64,000 nt of DNA from Candidatus Acetatifactor stercoripullorum (GTDB lineage Bacteria; Bacillota; Clostridia; Lachnospirales; Lachnospiraceae): contig DXGH01000010.1 in NCBI GenBank assembly GCA_019114005.1, positions 6,723 to 70,722 on the forward strand. The letters run 5' to 3'. The notes beneath the pieces are model-generated. The model saw only the letters and a list, made by a program, of their open reading frames with translations. It did not search any database and had not been told where the DNA came from. Position 1 is the first letter of the stretch. Each line of letters begins with the position of its first letter. Positions 61,255-64,000 of the stretch are shown here, in pieces. The translations under genes and the position numbers were made by a program.

Positions 61255-62133
61255 TTAAGGAGGAGCCATCCCGTAGATCTGCACCACCTCAAGCAAAGGA
61301 CTCTCGTATAGATCTCTGGGCGTCACAAGCCTGCCCCCGTCGCTGTCCAGGTCATATCCAAAGAGGCTGTAAACATACCATACCAAATGGGCACATTGGG
61401 TGCCGGTGAGTGTCTCTTCTTCCTCCTGCATGCTGCCCGCCGTATAATAGGTTTCCTTCTCCGAGTTTCCCAAGGGCCATAGTCCCGCCGTGAGCTGGTA
61501 GGGGATTCCCGCCAAGTTTTCTTCGGCATACTCTGCAATTTCTTGGCGCTCCTCTAACGGAACGTCCTTCAGCCGCAGAATGGCAAAGGAGGGATACCGT
61601 TCCCAGTTGTCCAGGCTTAAGATGGCTGTATCCGTCCCCAGCACTCTTGCCTCCAGAGTGAGACGCTTTTTTGCATCCGTCACAATGGCTGCATGCCCGT
61701 TTCGCCAGCCAAAAAAATGGCAGTTAAAATTGATCAGGATATCTCCCTCCTCCACCACAGGAATCTCCTGCCCTGATTTCTCTTCTCCCGCCAGATGTTC
61801 TGCCCAAGAAACAATCGTATTGGGAGCACATTCCAGCTCCACTGGAGTGAAAAAACGTTCCTGCAGGGTCAGAAGAAGTGTCTGACGCCCGGTGCTTTTT
61901 AAGGCATCCACACCTGCTTTGGACAAACCGGTCTGCCGGAAGAGCAGCTCGTAATCTGCCTGGCTCAGGACTTCTTCTGCTTCCTCCACGTAGCAGGAAA
62001 TATCCGCCATAGGATAATCAGGTGTAATATGGGCGTCCGCTTCCGCCTCCTTCGTCCAGAAAAAAAGAAACAGTACCGCGCAAAGGGAAAACTCCGCCGT
62101 GTAAATCCGTCTCATAAGCTTTTTCTTTTTCAA
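61255..62133 (-). CDS. Secreted/anchored permuted papain-like (NlpC/P60, YaeF/YiiX-type) protein
   Basis: N-terminal TM; GDIL...GHAAIV (His) precedes TQCAHLVW (Cys); LVTP.DL. Confidence 0.7.
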   Translation of the reverse strand: MKKKKLMRRIYTAEFSLCAVLFLFFWTKEAEADAHITPDYPMADISCYVEEAEEVLSQADYELLFRQTGLSKAGVDALKSTGRQTLLLTLQERFFTPVELECAPNTIVSWAEHLAGEEKSGQEIPVVEEGDILINFNCHFFGWRNGHAAIVTDAKKRLTLEARVLGTDTAILSLDNWERYPSFAILRLKDVPLEERQEIAEYAEENLAGIPYQLTAGLWPLGNSEKETYYTAGSMQEEEETLTGTQCAHLVWYVYSLFGYDLDSDGGRLVTPRDLYESPLLEVVQIYGMAPP

Positions 62134-62311
62134 TGCAATGCACCTTTTTTTAGTTTATTGTTTCCGGCGGAAAAGGTTTTATGCGCATTCGCTGGGCTCA
62201 CTTGCGGAAACAAAATTTTTTGTGGTTTATCTGTTACGAGAAATTTAGGGGAAAGTTGGCGCTTGCTTTGAAAAGTCGCTCTAAAAAGTTTTGATTTTCT
62301 CTTGAAAGTCC

Positions 62312-62340
62312 TTGAAAAAATTGATCGTTTCGTATATGCT
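62312..62340 (+). promoter_or_regulatory. Promoter of the AAA-DUF4143 gene with TTGAAA direct repeats
   Basis: TTGAAA-N17-TATGCT; further TTGAAA(A)GTC copies at 62268 and 62302. Confidence 0.6.
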
Positions 62341-62360
62341 AAAGAAAAGAGGTGCATGAA

Positions 62361-63680
62361 ATGTTAAAAAGAAAAATCGAACAGCGGCTGCTTAACTGGA
62401 AAAATACAGCAGGACATAAGCCTTTGATTCTAAAAGGATGCAGACAGTGCGGAAAAACCTTTTCCGTCCTGGACTTTGCAAAGAAAAATTATAAGCATGT
62501 TGTATATCTGAATTTCTTTGAAAATCCAGATTATGCTTCTGTATTTGCCGGTTCACTGGAGGTTGACAACATCATTATGATGCTGTCTGCTTTGTTGGGA
62601 AAAAATGCTGTTTTTGAAGCCGGTGAAACAGTCTTAATTCTGGACGAAATTCAGGACTGCCCGGATGCCCGGACGGCGCTTAAATTCTTTCGGCTGGATG
62701 GACGTTTTGATGTGATTGGCACGGGGTCTTTATTGGGAGTGAAGGGTTATGGGAAGGAACCGAAATCAATCCCAGTTGGGTCAGAAACTGTTGTAGATAT
62801 GTATCCTCTTGATTTTGAGGAATTTTTGTGGGCAAATGGGATTGCGGAGCCAATCATTGCGTTACTGAAAAAGAATTTAGACACAGAAACTCCCATTCCG
62901 GAAGCGCTGCACCATCGGATGCAGCAGCTTCTTTTGCAGTACACCGTGGTTGGAGGAATGCCGGAGGCCGTACAGTCTTTTGTAGATACAAAGCAGATGG
63001 ATCAGGTGCTTTCTATCCAGCGGAATATTATTCGCTCCTATGAGGATGATATGGTGAAATACGCTGATAAGAAGGATAAGTCCCGCATTAAAGAATGCTT
63101 TCAATCCATTCCAAGGCAGTTAAGCAAAGAAAACAAGAAATTTCAATATTCCGTTGTGAAGAAAGGTTCTACCGCTTCCAAATATGAGGGCAGCCTGCAG
63201 TGGATTGAGGACGCCGGAATTATCTCCCGATGCTATAACCTTTCCATCACGGAACTTCCTTTAGACGGAAATGCCGAGCAGGATACGTTCAAGGTATACA
63301 TGAAGGACTGTGGGCTATTTGCCAGTATGCTGGAGGACGGCACACAATACGATATTCTGCAAGGCAATCTCTACGGCTATAAAGGCGCCATTTTTGAAAA
63401 TCTGGTTGCGGATATTTTTTCCAAGATGGGACGAAAGCTCTACTATTTCCGCAAGGACTCCGGGCTGGAGGTGGATTTCGTGATCCGGTACAAGGGGGAA
63501 TGTACCCTGGTGGAAGTAAAAGCTTCTACGGGAAACACGAAAAGCACAAAAACAATTCTGCGGCATCCCGAAAAATATCATGTACACAGCGCAGTCAAGC
63601 TGGGAAATTATAATATCGGCAGATCAGGGCAAATTCTGACGCTCCCTCTTTACATGGCATTTTTACTGCGGGCACTTTGA
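62361..63680 (+). CDS. AAA_14 ATPase + DUF4143 (PD-(D/E)XK nuclease-like) protein
   Basis: GCRQCGKT Walker A, LILDEIQ Walker B, VVGGMPE, EVDFVI...LVEVKA. Confidence 0.85.
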   Translation: MLKRKIEQRLLNWKNTAGHKPLILKGCRQCGKTFSVLDFAKKNYKHVVYLNFFENPDYASVFAGSLEVDNIIMMLSALLGKNAVFEAGETVLILDEIQDCPDARTALKFFRLDGRFDVIGTGSLLGVKGYGKEPKSIPVGSETVVDMYPLDFEEFLWANGIAEPIIALLKKNLDTETPIPEALHHRMQQLLLQYTVVGGMPEAVQSFVDTKQMDQVLSIQRNIIRSYEDDMVKYADKKDKSRIKECFQSIPRQLSKENKKFQYSVVKKGSTASKYEGSLQWIEDAGIISRCYNLSITELPLDGNAEQDTFKVYMKDCGLFASMLEDGTQYDILQGNLYGYKGAIFENLVADIFSKMGRKLYYFRKDSGLEVDFVIRYKGECTLVEVKASTGNTKSTKTILRHPEKYHVHSAVKLGNYNIGRSGQILTLPLYMAFLLRAL

Positions 63681-63773
63681 TCTGATTATGCACGGGGTGC
63701 TGGCTGATCTGTTTCCTCCGAGTCAGCACGGCCCATGCAAAGAAATTCATCCAAGGGCTGCAGAATTGGTGTT

Positions 63774-63998
63774 TTATGCCAACTCTGCAGCTTTAAATAT
63801 TTTTTCCATACATTCCTGCAGGCTGTGTTCCTCCAAGGTCTTTTTTCTGCCGCTTTCTGCAATTTTACATCTGATATCCTCGTGATTCAGATAAAATTGT
63901 ATCTTTTCTATGGCATCCCCCAGGCTTTCATAAATAACCATATCCGTCCCATTTTCATAATATTCCACAAGCTCTTCCTGATAATTGGATATTAAGAA
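63774..63998 (-). CDS. Glycosyltransferase C-terminus (Glyco_trans_1_2 / CgeB-like); partial, runs off the window end
   Basis: FLISNYQEELVEYY...DMVIYES...KIQFYLNHEDIR..IAESG...EHS. Confidence 0.75.
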   Translation of the reverse strand, partial: FLISNYQEELVEYYENGTDMVIYESLGDAIEKIQFYLNHEDIRCKIAESGRKKTLEEHSLQECMEKIFKAAELA

Positions 63999-64000
63999 AC

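Overview
Core chromosomal window of a Lachnospiraceae-like anaerobic Firmicute (family inferred from gene order and protein signatures). The - strand carries the S10-spc ribosomal superoperon with secY-adk-map-KOW-infA (1-14 kb) and the rpmG-secE-nusG-rplK-rplA-rplJ-rplL-rpoB-rpoC-(rfbD)-rpsL-rpsG-fusA-tuf cluster (38.9-55.7 kb). A 24 kb accessory interval lies between them: methyltransferase, acyltransferase, orphan KdpDE-like pair, MATE, ECF sigma/anti-sigma, tcdA-like, cls, PII-like/DUF1538, MFS, Zn-PLC-like, a redox cassette (2 Crp/Fnr regulators, Fe-S protein, rubredoxin, PFOR), a YARHG lipoprotein, and an AT-rich TetR/oxidoreductase cargo joined to a 5'-truncated tyrosine integrase at the tuf 3' end. 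The right end holds a Phd/RelE TA pair, FliD-like, carboxyltransferase, glf, HTH, permuted NlpC/P60, AAA-DUF4143 and a partial glycosyltransferase. Genes missed or incomplete in the ORF track: a membrane protein abutting infA (2-964), rubredoxin (29895-30053), rpmG (55586-55735) and the N-terminal extension of the last glycosyltransferase. Most notable: (i) two paralogous Crp/Fnr genes with base-for-base identical divergent promoter geometry around a TGTTG-N6-CAAC[A/T] box; (ii) a TA cassette bracketed by 28-bp palindrome-containing direct repeats; (iii) a multi-hairpin, switch-like RNA between rpsS and rplV; (iv) surface-glycan genes embedded in translation/transcription operons. No rRNA, tRNA or CRISPR array was seen. 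All family calls are from motif recognition by eye; no database searches were run.
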